From Candidatus Poribacteria bacterium (GTDB taxonomy: Bacteria; Poribacteria; WGA-4E; PCPOR2b): DNA of 64,000 bases. Location of the stretch: the NCBI GenBank assembly GCA_965218095.1, contig OZ244587.1, forward strand, positions 1,440,001 through 1,504,000, in the 5' to 3' direction. The notes under the pieces are model-generated. The model ran no database searches. It worked only from the letters and a program-made list of their open reading frames with translations, and had not been told where the DNA came from. The position numbers and the translations under genes are program-made. Of this stretch, positions 1 to 9,767 are shown piece by piece. How positions within the stretch are numbered: the first letter of the stretch is position 1; the number at the start of each line of letters is the position of its first letter.

Positions 1-261
1 CGCTTAGGAATGCCCCGGTTTCAAGGTGAGGAATTTCGACGCAATCTAGCGAAGGCAGGAAAGTTGAAAGCCATCGCGCAACGATGGAATCTCACGCTGG
101 TTCAATTGGCGATTGGCTGGCAATTACGACTGTCGGGAATCACCTGTGTCCTCGTCGGCGCGAAAAATCCTGAGCAGGTCACGGAGCATGTCGGTGGGCA
201 AGGGTGGATGTTGACTGATGCGGAGTTGCAGGAGGTAGAAAACGTGCTGGCGGCAGCGTAA
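1..261 (+). CDS. aldo/keto reductase, C-terminal part (5'-truncated by window edge)
   Basis: QLAIGWQL...VLVGAKNPEQV motif typical of the AKR C-terminus; frame is open from base 1. Confidence 0.8.
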   Translation, partial: RLGMPRFQGEEFRRNLAKAGKLKAIAQRWNLTLVQLAIGWQLRLSGITCVLVGAKNPEQVTEHVGGQGWMLTDAELQEVENVLAAA

Positions 262-303
262 GAAACAAAGACAAAGAGAAATAGGGTAGCAAGGAGTCAT
301 CCC

Positions 304-666
304 ATGACAAAGAAAGTCTTAATTCTATCCTTGGCGTTGCCGGTAGTTGTTATTGCTCTCGTGATTCTTCCATACGGACTATCTGTGTGGCGCCAAAGCA
401 TCTCCGGGCAACAGCGACTCATGGAGATAGAAGTTGTCCCCAATGTGATTAAGATGGCGAATCGATATACCGGATTCAACGAACTTAAAAACGTGCGAAT
501 CACGGCAGATCCGGTTAATAAAGAATGGGAACCTTTTTTGAGGAGAAATGATGGACATTTCAGACATCAAACAGATCGGTGTCGTTGGTGCAGGCACAAT
601 GGGCGCGGGCATCGCAGAGGTCTTCGCGGAATTCGGCTACGACGTCATCTGGTACAACAAATCTAA
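304..666 (+). CDS. small hypothetical membrane-anchored protein, possibly a truncated remnant (3' part overlaps the next gene)
   Basis: AAGGAG RBS before ATG; hydrophobic N-terminal helix; tail beyond ~547 is off-frame read-through of the next gene. Confidence 0.3.
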   Translation: MTKKVLILSLALPVVVIALVILPYGLSVWRQSISGQQRLMEIEVVPNVIKMANRYTGFNELKNVRITADPVNKEWEPFLRRNDGHFRHQTDRCRWCRHNGRGHRRGLRGIRLRRHLVQQI

Positions 667-1504
667 GGAAGGGACGCAACGCGGGCTTAATCACATCCGA
701 TTTAACCAGGCAACGCTCATCCAGAACGGCACCCTCACACAAACAGAGGCAGATGCTGCATGGGCGAAGATTCACACAACCCACGATCTGGGGACTCTCG
801 CAGCAGTTGACGTGATCTCGGAATCCATTGCTGAGAATCTCGAAGTGAAAGCGGAGATCTTCAGAAAGCTCGATCAGATCTGTAGCTCAAAGGCAATCTT
901 CACAACCAATACTTCGGGTTTAAGCATCTCGCAGATTGCAACGGTAGTTTCATATCCCGAGCGGTTTGCGGGGATGCATTACATCAATCCACCTCACATC
1001 GTTCCGGCTGTGGAAATCATCAAGGGCGACGAGACCTCGGATGCTGCCTGTGATCTTTTGATCGACCTAGCGAAGCAGATTGGGAAGCAACCCGTTCTTG
1101 TACAGAAAGATGTTCCTGGATTTGTCGCCAACCGTATTCAGTTTGCGGTGATTCGTGAGGCGTTACATCTTGTTGAAGAAGGCGTCGCATCACCTGCTGA
1201 CATTGACACGGTGATGAAGCATGGATTGGGGTTGCGTTGGGCATTGCTTGGTCCGCTAGAGATTGCAGATTTGGGTGGGCTTGATGTTTTCAACACAATT
1301 GGCGCCTATCTGTTGAAGGCATTAAGCGATGCAAAAGGTTCTCCGAAAGTATTGCGAGATTTGGTGGCGGAAGGAAAGCTGGGCGCAAAGAGTGGATCTG
1401 GCTTTTACGATTATTCATCAGGGAAGACACAGGGGCTCATTACCGATCGGGATAAAAAGTTGTTGCAGATACTACGGATTAAGTCTCGCGACACGGCAGC
1501 GTAG
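548..1504 (+). CDS. 3-hydroxyacyl-CoA dehydrogenase family protein
   Basis: GAGTMG Rossmann motif, TNTSGL, GMHYINPP, GFVANR, GKLGAKSGSGFY; AGGAG RBS. Confidence 0.92.
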   Translation: MMDISDIKQIGVVGAGTMGAGIAEVFAEFGYDVIWYNKSKEGTQRGLNHIRFNQATLIQNGTLTQTEADAAWAKIHTTHDLGTLAAVDVISESIAENLEVKAEIFRKLDQICSSKAIFTTNTSGLSISQIATVVSYPERFAGMHYINPPHIVPAVEIIKGDETSDAACDLLIDLAKQIGKQPVLVQKDVPGFVANRIQFAVIREALHLVEEGVASPADIDTVMKHGLGLRWALLGPLEIADLGGLDVFNTIGAYLLKALSDAKGSPKVLRDLVAEGKLGAKSGSGFYDYSSGKTQGLITDRDKKLLQILRIKSRDTAA

Positions 1505-1568
1505 TATCCCCCAGCGGATCGCGGAGGGTAATCTGAAACCCGAAAGCGGCTGCCTATTTTTGGATCAG

Positions 1569-2447
1569 CTACCGGGGCGCGCCCTCAACCGTCGGATAAC
1601 GGAAAGCGTATTCCGTCGATAAGAGTCGGGTTGGCTCCACACGGGTACTGGCAGGCAACAATTCTTCCCCATCTCTCCGAAGGCAAGATGTACGGCAGAG
1701 GCGGGCAAGGGAAACAGTGTTGGACGTCTGAGGACTCGACCGAGGGTCCTTGTGAATTCACGATTGGTGACGGGTTGGGGAGCGACCGCATTGACCGGGC
1801 CGTTGAGCGAGTCGGTGGTGAGGACGTGGTGAATCGCGCCAATGACGTCATCCAATGCAATCCAACTCATGTATTGCCGACCGCTTCCTATCCGCCCACC
1901 GACACCTTTGCGGAACGGTGGGAGCACCTTCGCCAGCGCCCCGCCGGCTGTACTGAGCACAACCCCGATACGGAGATTCACCACGCGAATGCTGCCGTAA
2001 ATCACCGCCGCATCCACTGCCTTCTCCCATTCCCAGCAGACCTGAGCGAGAAAACCTCCTCCCCATGCCCGATCTTCGTTGAGGATGTCTTCGCCGCGAT
2101 TGCCATAGTAGCCGACGCACACTCTAAAACTCGGGGGGACTGCGTAAGCCCTGCGAGGGATTCACATAGCAGCCGAGTTCCCTTAACCCGGCTGTCGCGG
2201 ATGCGCGCCTTTCTCTCAGGCGTCCACTTGCCGGCGCCGATATTCTCTCCAGCGAGATGTACCACAGCGTCCAGTCCTTCGAGGCTTTCAGTATCTATCT
2301 CCCCTGCTTCCACATCCCAACGGACTGCTGTCTCTCCAGAAGTCGGTTTCGACCGGACAAGCCGGGTTATGTGGTGTCCATCGGCGGCAAGAGAGGACAC
2401 CAGGGCTGACCCAATAAGTCCGGTTGATCCAGTGCAAGAATATTCAT
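1569..2447 (-). pseudogene. TIGR01777/YfcH-like NAD-dependent epimerase, three frameshifts
   Basis: Pieces MNIL-TGSTGLIG, AVVHLAGENIG, GYYGNRG...LRIGVVLS...GSGRQYMSWI...GPVNAVAP and ASTRVEP lie in different frames (shifts near 2434, 2112, 1664). Confidence 0.8.
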
Positions 2448-2462
2448 CAGTAAACTTCCTTG

Positions 2463-3320
2463 TTACAACGAAGCTTTCAATTGCCCGCGATCAATCCACT
2501 TGTATGCTGCCATTGCATTCTTCCAGAAGTACTTCTCGGCGGCGACCTCTCCTTTAGCATTGAAGTATTCTGTCACGATGCGTTGCACGGTTGCATAGTC
2601 TGCAAAGCGTTCGGATACGGGCCAATTGCTTCCGTAGACCAACCGATCCTCCCCGAATGCGTTCCACAGCACATCCACCGTCGGTGTGTAGTACACCACA
2701 TCGGTAGGGGCGGGGTTGTCCTGTGTGTTTTCCACCAATCCTGACACCTTCATGTAGACATTGGGATGCGCTGCGGCTTTTTGTATGCCCTTGACCCAGG
2801 CCGCATCCGGCACCTTGCCGTTGATGCGGACGTGAGCAACATGGTTGATGACGATACGCAACTCAGGAATACGTTCTGCTATCGACGCTACATCGGGCAG
2901 CCCTTCCATCCCCAACAGGAGATCTAACGCCAGGTCCTTCCCGGCCAACTTTTCAATCTGAGAGAAATCGCCATTTTTGATCGCTTGACTGATATTTCCC
3001 CTGAGTCGTATGCCACAAAAGAGTGGATTCGCGGCAAAGCGATTCAGACGCGCCTCGAAATCCTCCCATTCAATTTTCAGATGTCCGACGAAGCCTACGA
3101 TAAACGGTTCGCTTGCTGCGAGGTCGAGTATCCACTGGTTATCTTCAACCCATTCGCTTGCCTCAACGATGACGGTCCCAGTCACGCCTTCGGGGATGGC
3201 AAGCGCTTTGTGGTGTTCCGGGAGCACACATCGGTAGAGCAGTTCGTCGTCGGGGCTTGGCCAGGGTACGCCCTCGGGCCGATCCGGGGCGTAAAAATGT
3301 GTATGTGTATCGATAATCAT
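2463..3320 (-). CDS. amidohydrolase family protein (L-fuconolactonase-like)
   Basis: IDTHTH metal motif, VINHVA, YMKVSGL, LVYGSNWPV. Confidence 0.88.
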   Translation of the reverse strand: MIIDTHTHFYAPDRPEGVPWPSPDDELLYRCVLPEHHKALAIPEGVTGTVIVEASEWVEDNQWILDLAASEPFIVGFVGHLKIEWEDFEARLNRFAANPLFCGIRLRGNISQAIKNGDFSQIEKLAGKDLALDLLLGMEGLPDVASIAERIPELRIVINHVAHVRINGKVPDAAWVKGIQKAAAHPNVYMKVSGLVENTQDNPAPTDVVYYTPTVDVLWNAFGEDRLVYGSNWPVSERFADYATVQRIVTEYFNAKGEVAAEKYFWKNAMAAYKWIDRGQLKASL

Positions 3321-3493
3321 TCTATGCCTCCGTTCATCGTAATATGTTTAGTGTGGGGTGATTCAGTGTTTCAACTCGTCTATATTGAACGTATCGCTGT
3401 AACCGTTAGGTGGTCTCCTTCTGTATTCTTCCTACCTGAGCGGTTACCTTTTCACTTCTGAATCCGCTTTGGAGAAGAACGAATTTCCGGCTT

Positions 3494-4420
3494 TCAAGCC
3501 TTCGGAAGCGCCTCAAGCACCTGTGCCGCGATGTTCAATCCCACCTGTTCGCTCCAGGCTTTAGTTAGGCGTTTCCACAGCGGGCCCGGCTCGCCATTCC
3601 CGATGGGCAGTCCGTTGACGCGCGTCGCGGGACAGATGCCGAATGGGGTGCTGGAAAGGAAAGCTTCGTCCGCGTTGATGACGTCGTAAACCTGCAGCTC
3701 TTGCTCTCGAAATGGCATCCCAAGCTGTTTGGCGAGTTCAATAACCACCTTTCGACTGACGCCGGGAAGAATATTGCGGAGCGTCGGCGAGTAAATCGCC
3801 CCTTCTTTGCAGATCAGGATGTTCGCGCCCGAGCACTCGGTGATGTTTCCCTCAAGGTCCAGAAGAAGTGAAGTGGCTTTGGGGTCCACCAAGTGGGTTT
3901 CGCGGTCTGCCAGGTGCCAATGCAGGCGGCTTCGATACTTAATCTTCGGGTCGAGACACTGCGGAGGAATATGCCGAATGCTTGGCGTGATCAGATGGTA
4001 GCCATCTCGCATCGGTTCAGTATAGTATGAAAAATCCAGCGGAAACGTGTGGATGCACACCGTCGGGCGGTTTTCGGCTTCAGTGAGTGGCCGTCCAGCA
4101 TAGAGGGGGACTTTCCCTGCCGTGACAAAGTGGATGAGACCCAGCTCTCCATCGGGAGCTACCCCCTGTCTGTTTTCCGCTGCAAGTCTCCTGGAAATCT
4201 GAGCCATCTCCAGCTTTTCCAGCCCTGGATCGATGCCTGTATAAGCTAACGACGCATAGAGCCGATCTAGATGATCGTCCAACCGGAACAGTTCCTGGCG
4301 GTAGGTCCGCGTCATTTCAGTGACAGTCGCGCCTATGACGATTCCCTTGTCGTAGATAGGAATAGCGGCTTGCGACACGGGGGGCCACTCTCCGTTAAGG
4401 TAAACACGCGGTTCGTTCAT
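3494..4420 (-). CDS. class IV PLP-dependent aminotransferase (branched-chain/D-amino acid type)
   Basis: FRLDDHLDRL, KIKYRSR, ITECSGANI, ILPGVSR, ADEAFLSST; ATG at 4420. Confidence 0.88.
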   Translation of the reverse strand: MNEPRVYLNGEWPPVSQAAIPIYDKGIVIGATVTEMTRTYRQELFRLDDHLDRLYASLAYTGIDPGLEKLEMAQISRRLAAENRQGVAPDGELGLIHFVTAGKVPLYAGRPLTEAENRPTVCIHTFPLDFSYYTEPMRDGYHLITPSIRHIPPQCLDPKIKYRSRLHWHLADRETHLVDPKATSLLLDLEGNITECSGANILICKEGAIYSPTLRNILPGVSRKVVIELAKQLGMPFREQELQVYDVINADEAFLSSTPFGICPATRVNGLPIGNGEPGPLWKRLTKAWSEQVGLNIAAQVLEALPKA

Positions 4421-4467
4421 AATAATCCTTTGCAAGTTTTGCCTACAGATTGATTGGCAGGCAAAAT

Positions 4468-5613
4468 TTACCAGTTGGTGTAAGAACCATCTCGTCTATG
4501 TAGGTGAGGGGCTTCCCAGAACCGGAATTCCTGACTTGCCATTTCCTCGTTGAACTCCACACCCAGCCCCGGCTCTTGAGGCAGAGGGAAACTCGTCCCT
4601 TCAAGCTCATGCTGCACCGGGAACAGGTCCGCATTAAAAGCGAACTCTCGGGCGCGCACTTCCAGCCAAGCAAAATTCGGCACGGCTGCGCCAAAATGGA
4701 CGTGAGCCGCCGTGCTGATTGGCCCCAACGGGTTATGCGGCATCAGGTCAATGTAGTGTGCTTCACACCAGCCAGCCACTTTCATGGCTTCGGTCAAGCC
4801 ACCCACATTACAGACATCGATTCGGGCAAAATTGGTCAACCCACGTTCAATATACGGCATAAATGTCCATTTGTTTGAAAACTCCTCGCCAATTGCCAGA
4901 GGCACTGGGGTCATCTGTCGTAGCACGGCGTAGGCTTCGGGGCATTCATTGCGAATCGGCTCTTCCAGAAAATCGAGGGTGCCGGACGGCAGCCTCTGGC
5001 AGAAGGAAGCCGCTTCCGCCACACTCAGGCGGTGGTGATAATCAATTCCAAGCGCCGGGGCTAGCCCGACAGCTTCCCGAACCTTGTTCATCCATTCCGC
5101 TGTAAGGGCAATGGACGCACGTGGTTCAAACAGATTCTCATCGCCGCCTGTATCCGGATGCCCAGGCACAAACCGTATGACATCCCAGCCTTCCTCGACC
5201 AGGACTTTAGCATCCTCCACTACCTCCGGTCCGGCCAGGGAACCTGAAGTTACAAAACAAGGCACCGTCTCCCGATGCGCCCCACCCAGAAGTTGGTAGA
5301 CCGGCACGTCCAGTTTCCTGGCAACCAGGTCGTGTAGGGCAGTATCAATGGCGGAGATTGCCCCGGTAAGAATCCGTCCCCCTTCAAAGTACTGGCTGCG
5401 GTACATCTCCTGCCAAAGTGCCCCGATACGCATGGGCTCTTTGCCAATCAAAAATTCACGGAAATGCCGCACTGTTCCCTGCACCGCAAGTTCTCGTCCG
5501 GAAACTCCGGACTCACCCCAGCCGTAATATCCCTCATCGGTTTCAATCTTGAGGACGAAGAGATTTCTCAATCCTGCCCAGACCGGATAGGCCTTCACAT
5601 CTGTAATTCTCAT
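4468..5613 (-). CDS. mandelate racemase/muconate lactonizing enzyme family (galactonate dehydratase-like)
   Basis: ETDEGYYGWGE, DYHHR, FLEEP, AIGEE, GGLTEAMKVA, MPHNPLGP, PGLGVE. Confidence 0.9.
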   Translation of the reverse strand: MRITDVKAYPVWAGLRNLFVLKIETDEGYYGWGESGVSGRELAVQGTVRHFREFLIGKEPMRIGALWQEMYRSQYFEGGRILTGAISAIDTALHDLVARKLDVPVYQLLGGAHRETVPCFVTSGSLAGPEVVEDAKVLVEEGWDVIRFVPGHPDTGGDENLFEPRASIALTAEWMNKVREAVGLAPALGIDYHHRLSVAEAASFCQRLPSGTLDFLEEPIRNECPEAYAVLRQMTPVPLAIGEEFSNKWTFMPYIERGLTNFARIDVCNVGGLTEAMKVAGWCEAHYIDLMPHNPLGPISTAAHVHFGAAVPNFAWLEVRAREFAFNADLFPVQHELEGTSFPLPQEPGLGVEFNEEMASQEFRFWEAPHLHRRDGSYTNW

Positions 5614-5809
5614 GTGCTTCTCCTTGTGTATACTATTCAGGTGGTAAAACGAAGAAGAATTGGAAATCAGCGCGATCTAACAGATGCTCGCATCCGATTT
5701 ATCAGGGTCACATTACAAGGGGGCAAATCACGCCCCGATAGATCGGGATTTCGCTTCGCTCAACTTGTAATGCAAACTGTCAGTTTGTGCGACTACCTGA
5801 ACGGTTACG

Positions 5810-5891
5810 ATAGAGTGTTTGCTACCTTCACGTAACAGATAAAACCGTTTCCCTCAAGATATTTGATGAGATCGCGCCGTTTGACTGACAT
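5810..5891 (-). pseudogene. hicA: HicA-family toxin remnant (frameshifted, truncated)
   Basis: MSVKRRDLIKYLEGNGF then, after a 1-nt shift, LLREGSKHSI; sequence then runs into a repeat element. Confidence 0.6.
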
Positions 5892-5892
5892 T

Positions 5893-6111
5893 TCCTATCT
5901 CAACAGGTATCTGCTCAAGTAGTGCTCCCCCAATAGGGATGTCTTAATTCTGCTGATGATAAGCAATTATTATTTCATGTAGTGCATCTTGAAGCATTTC
6001 CCGGCACCCTTCTAATGTGTTCCCTTCCGTGATTACCTCTGGCCATTCTACTAATTGTCCCATATAGCCGGAATCTATTTTTGAATATTTTGCGGTATAG
6101 GTCATTAACAT
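5893..6111 (-). pseudogene. hicB: HicB-family antitoxin with a premature in-frame stop
   Basis: YMGQLVEWPEVITEGNTLEGCREMLQDAL; after TAA at 5944-5946 the frame continues DIPIGGALLEQIPVEI. Confidence 0.7.
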
Positions 6112-6156
6112 ATTATCAAATCCTTCGTGTTGTAGATTGATGATGCGTCGATCCAA

Positions 6157-8805
6157 TCACCCAATCGACGCTATTTCCAGATGCTCCTTCCACTGCGTCT
6201 GTAATATCTCTTTCAATACTTGATGCATTGACTGACGCAGGCCTGGGTCCGCCTTAGCGAGCTGGTTTGCTTCAGATTTAGCAACCTCAAGCAGCAAGGC
6301 ATCTTTGATAATATTGGCGATTTTGAAGTCCGGAAGCCCCGCTTGCCGGGTCCCAAAGAATTCGCCAGGACCCCGAATTTCTAAATCTGCCTCTGCAAGC
6401 TCGAAGCCGTCATTGGTTCGCGTCATCACTTTGATTCGGCGTATCCCATCGTCGGTCGTTGGGTTGCCGATGAGATGGCAGGAAGATTTGTGTCTGCCGC
6501 GCCCCACACGTCCACGTAACTGATGCAGTTGCGACAGTCCAAACCGCTCGGCGTTTTCAATCACCATGATCGAGGCGTTCGGCACGTCGATTCCCACTTC
6601 AATCACTGTGGTTGAAACCAGAACATCAATTTCTCGATTTTTGAGGCGGGACATCACGTCCTGTTTTTCCACGGATCGCATCCGTCCGTGCAGCAATCCA
6701 ACCCGCAAGTGTGGAAATACATCGCTCTGAAAGTGGTCTGCCATCTCCGTTGCAGCTTTAATCTCTTCCAACTTCTCGGATTCTTCAACGAGTGGGTAGA
6801 CGATGTAAGCCTGTCGCCCACGTTGGATCTGTCCTTCAATCTGCGCGTACAGTTTGCCGCGATCTGCCTCTTTCACCCATTTGGTCGTGATCTTCCGCCG
6901 TCCCGGTGGGAGTTCATCAATCACGGACACATTCAGGTCGCCGTAAACCGTCAAGGCGAGTGTCCGCGGGATAGGAGTCGCTGTCATGACGAGGACATCT
7001 GGTGTGTTCCCTTTGTCTCTGAGGGTTGCCCGCTGCATTACGCCGAACCGGTGTTGTTCGTCAATAATCACCAGTCCAAGCTGGTGAAATTCTACCCCCT
7101 CTTGGATCAGGGCGTGTGTCCCAACAATGACATGCGCCGCCCCGTCGGCGATAGCAGCGAGCACCTCATTACGTTCCTTCTTGGGGAGATCGCTCTTGAG
7201 TAAGACAACGTTCAAGTTCAACGGGGCGACCAGTTCTGACAGATTATAGGTATGTTGCTCGGCGAGAATCTCTGTGGGAACCATCAGTGCCCCTTGATAC
7301 CCGCTTTGGATGGCACACAGCAATGCCATCGCCCCAACGATTGTCTTGCCGGATCCGACATCACCTTGGAGCAGTCGATTCATTGCCTGTACGCTCGCCA
7401 TGTCCGCCTTAATCTCCTCGAAGACCCGTTCTTGCGCATTTGTCAGTCGAAATGGCAGCGCGCTGATAAACCGATCTAGCAGTTCTCCCTCGACTTGAAA
7501 GGCGAGCCCTTTCTCCTCTGTTTTCCACCGCTGCTTTTTGAGTTCAAGTCCCAACTCTAGCAGGAAAAATTCATCAAACGCAAGCCGCCTCCGCGCCGCT
7601 TCAAGGTACGCTTCCGATCTTGGAAAGTGAATCTCACCTATCGCGGTGCGCCGATCTATCAACTGATGTTTCTGTCGGATGTCTAGCGGCAAGATTTCGG
7701 GGTACTGCTCGGCGTACTCATCGAGCACCACTTTGACCCACTGACGGAGCATCCGTTGGGTAAGCTTCGCTGTCAACGGATACTTGGGTACAATCCGACC
7801 TGTGTGGATGAGATCGGCGTCCTCCTCTTCAAGGATCTCGAATTCAAAGTCGGTCGTTTGAATCTCGTTGTTGTGACGGGTGAACTTCCCGCTCACGACA
7901 ACCTGGGCACCGATCTTCAGCAGGCTTTTGAGATAGCCGACACGACGCCCAAAGCTGACAAGCTGCGCAACGCCAGTTTCATCGTAGACCGCAATCTTGC
8001 CGACGGGTTTCGCCCCCCGGCGACGCGGCGTAAATTGGGTTTGATTGACAACCTTGCCCTGAATCGTTTCATACTCACCGCTACGTCCGACTTCATAAAT
8101 CGACCGAAAATGCCCGCGATCAAGGTAGTCACGCGGGTAGTATTCCAGCAAATCGCCAACTGTGTGGATATTGAGTTCTACCGTGAGCTTCACCGCGCGG
8201 CGTGGTCCAATTCCATTTGCATACTGAATCTGCGTCTCTAGAAACTTCAGCGACGCCGGGTTGGTTGAAGCGGGGATATCCTCGATTGGTACTTCTTGTT
8301 CGATTTCGGACTCTTGATTGCGGATTTCGGATGTGCCGGTTGGGGCAATTGTGTCACATTGTCTATCAAAACCATTAGGGCTGGGCTGATTCACTAATTC
8401 CTGACTTTCTCCGCCACTTCCTTCCGAGGGGGAAGAAACTTTCGCTGGTCCGCTGGACAGCGATTGAAACAAGGGCAGGTCGTTAACAGCCTCGCGCGGC
8501 ACAGATTTTTTAGTAGGTGGTGTTTTCAGGCTTTCCGGTGTCATCTCGTCGATCTGCTTCACAGCGGCTTGTACTACATTCAGCCGTTCCATCGGTGACA
8601 ACGCCTCATAATCTGTGAACAGATCTGCCAGCGTACTGAGCGACTGTTTTTCTGAGAGACTCAGCGTCAACCGTCGGGCGTTCTTAATCCAGAGTTGGAC
8701 ATAGACGCCTAAGCCGTTAATCACCACGCTGTCTCGGCAACCGCTCCGGATTTCCTGCTGAAACGGGCGTCGGATTGTCGTTAGAATTTCTGTGAGCTCA
8801 TTCAT
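6157..8805 (-). CDS. recG: ATP-dependent DNA helicase RecG with N-terminal extension
   Basis: RLLQGDVGSGKT, IIDEQHRFG, MTATPIPRTL, QLHQLRGRVGRG, DLEIRGPGE. Confidence 0.97.
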   Translation of the reverse strand: MNELTEILTTIRRPFQQEIRSGCRDSVVINGLGVYVQLWIKNARRLTLSLSEKQSLSTLADLFTDYEALSPMERLNVVQAAVKQIDEMTPESLKTPPTKKSVPREAVNDLPLFQSLSSGPAKVSSPSEGSGGESQELVNQPSPNGFDRQCDTIAPTGTSEIRNQESEIEQEVPIEDIPASTNPASLKFLETQIQYANGIGPRRAVKLTVELNIHTVGDLLEYYPRDYLDRGHFRSIYEVGRSGEYETIQGKVVNQTQFTPRRRGAKPVGKIAVYDETGVAQLVSFGRRVGYLKSLLKIGAQVVVSGKFTRHNNEIQTTDFEFEILEEEDADLIHTGRIVPKYPLTAKLTQRMLRQWVKVVLDEYAEQYPEILPLDIRQKHQLIDRRTAIGEIHFPRSEAYLEAARRRLAFDEFFLLELGLELKKQRWKTEEKGLAFQVEGELLDRFISALPFRLTNAQERVFEEIKADMASVQAMNRLLQGDVGSGKTIVGAMALLCAIQSGYQGALMVPTEILAEQHTYNLSELVAPLNLNVVLLKSDLPKKERNEVLAAIADGAAHVIVGTHALIQEGVEFHQLGLVIIDEQHRFGVMQRATLRDKGNTPDVLVMTATPIPRTLALTVYGDLNVSVIDELPPGRRKITTKWVKEADRGKLYAQIEGQIQRGRQAYIVYPLVEESEKLEEIKAATEMADHFQSDVFPHLRVGLLHGRMRSVEKQDVMSRLKNREIDVLVSTTVIEVGIDVPNASIMVIENAERFGLSQLHQLRGRVGRGRHKSSCHLIGNPTTDDGIRRIKVMTRTNDGFELAEADLEIRGPGEFFGTRQAGLPDFKIANIIKDALLLEVAKSEANQLAKADPGLRQSMHQVLKEILQTQWKEHLEIASIG

Positions 8806-8869
8806 TGTTTCCCCACTAGCTTTCTTTCAAAGTTTGCGTGTTGTTGTCAGGCAATTGCATCACATATTA

Positions 8870-9718
8870 GGTTCTGTTGACATTTGAGTATAAGGTTGTG
8901 GCATAATAGAAGAATGACGCCAATAACCTTACCTGATGAACAATGGAATAAGATATACCGGTTTCTTCTTAGCTGTCCCACCATCTATGTTGGCGACGAA
9001 GCTGCTACACGCCGCTTCGTCGAAGCCGTCCTGTGGGTGACTCGTAGTGGCGCTCAATGGAGACTTCTACCAGACACCTATGGCAAATGGAACACCCGCT
9101 ACAAGCGGTTTGCTCGATGGTGCGACAAAGGTATCTTCACACAGATGCACCACCACTTCGCCTCTGACCCCGATATTAAGTCGCTTATTGTGGACAGTAC
9201 CATCTGCCGCGCTCACCCGTCTGCGGCGGGCACCTTAAAAAGCTGGCGCCTTAAAAAACCGGTGGCACTGAAAACCAAGCATTAGGTCGCTCTCGGGGCG
9301 GTTTCAGTACAAAAATTCACATCACCGTTGACGGACTAGGCAATCCCCTAAGAATTCATCTGACACCCGGTCAGAGACATGACATAACTGAGGCGGAAGG
9401 GTTGATAATCGGATATAACAGTGAATATGTGATTGGAGACTAAGGGGTACGATTCGGACGCTTTTATCGCGGTTATTGAGGCGAATGGAGCGATTGCGGT
9501 GATACCGCCAAAAAGTCATCGTGTTGACCAAAGAACGTATGACAAACACTTACTACAAAGAGAGACATCGGGTTGAATGTTTCATCAACAAGATAAAATG
9601 GTATCGTCGTATCTTCTCTCGGTTTGTCTCTCGGTTTGAGAAGCTAGCTGTCCGTTATTTTGGATTTCTCAGCTTTGTCGCCACTCTTATATGGCTCCCT
9701 TGAAATGTCAACAGAACC
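8870..9718 (+). mobile_element. IS5-family (IS427-like) insertion sequence, decayed transposase
   Basis: Terminal inverted repeats GGTTCTGTTGACATTT / AAATGTCAACAGAACC flanked by TA; orf[17 protein letters not shown], orfB GRSRGGFSTKIH and ERHRVECFINKIK, with frameshifts. Confidence 0.92.
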
Positions 9719-9767
9719 TAGTGTCCTTCTTGTGTGCGCATCGCAAAAAGATAAAAGAGATTGCTAA

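Noticed and set aside
1631-2557. 308-aa plus-strand ORF
   Set aside because: Antisense shadow of the epimerase pseudogene; no motifs
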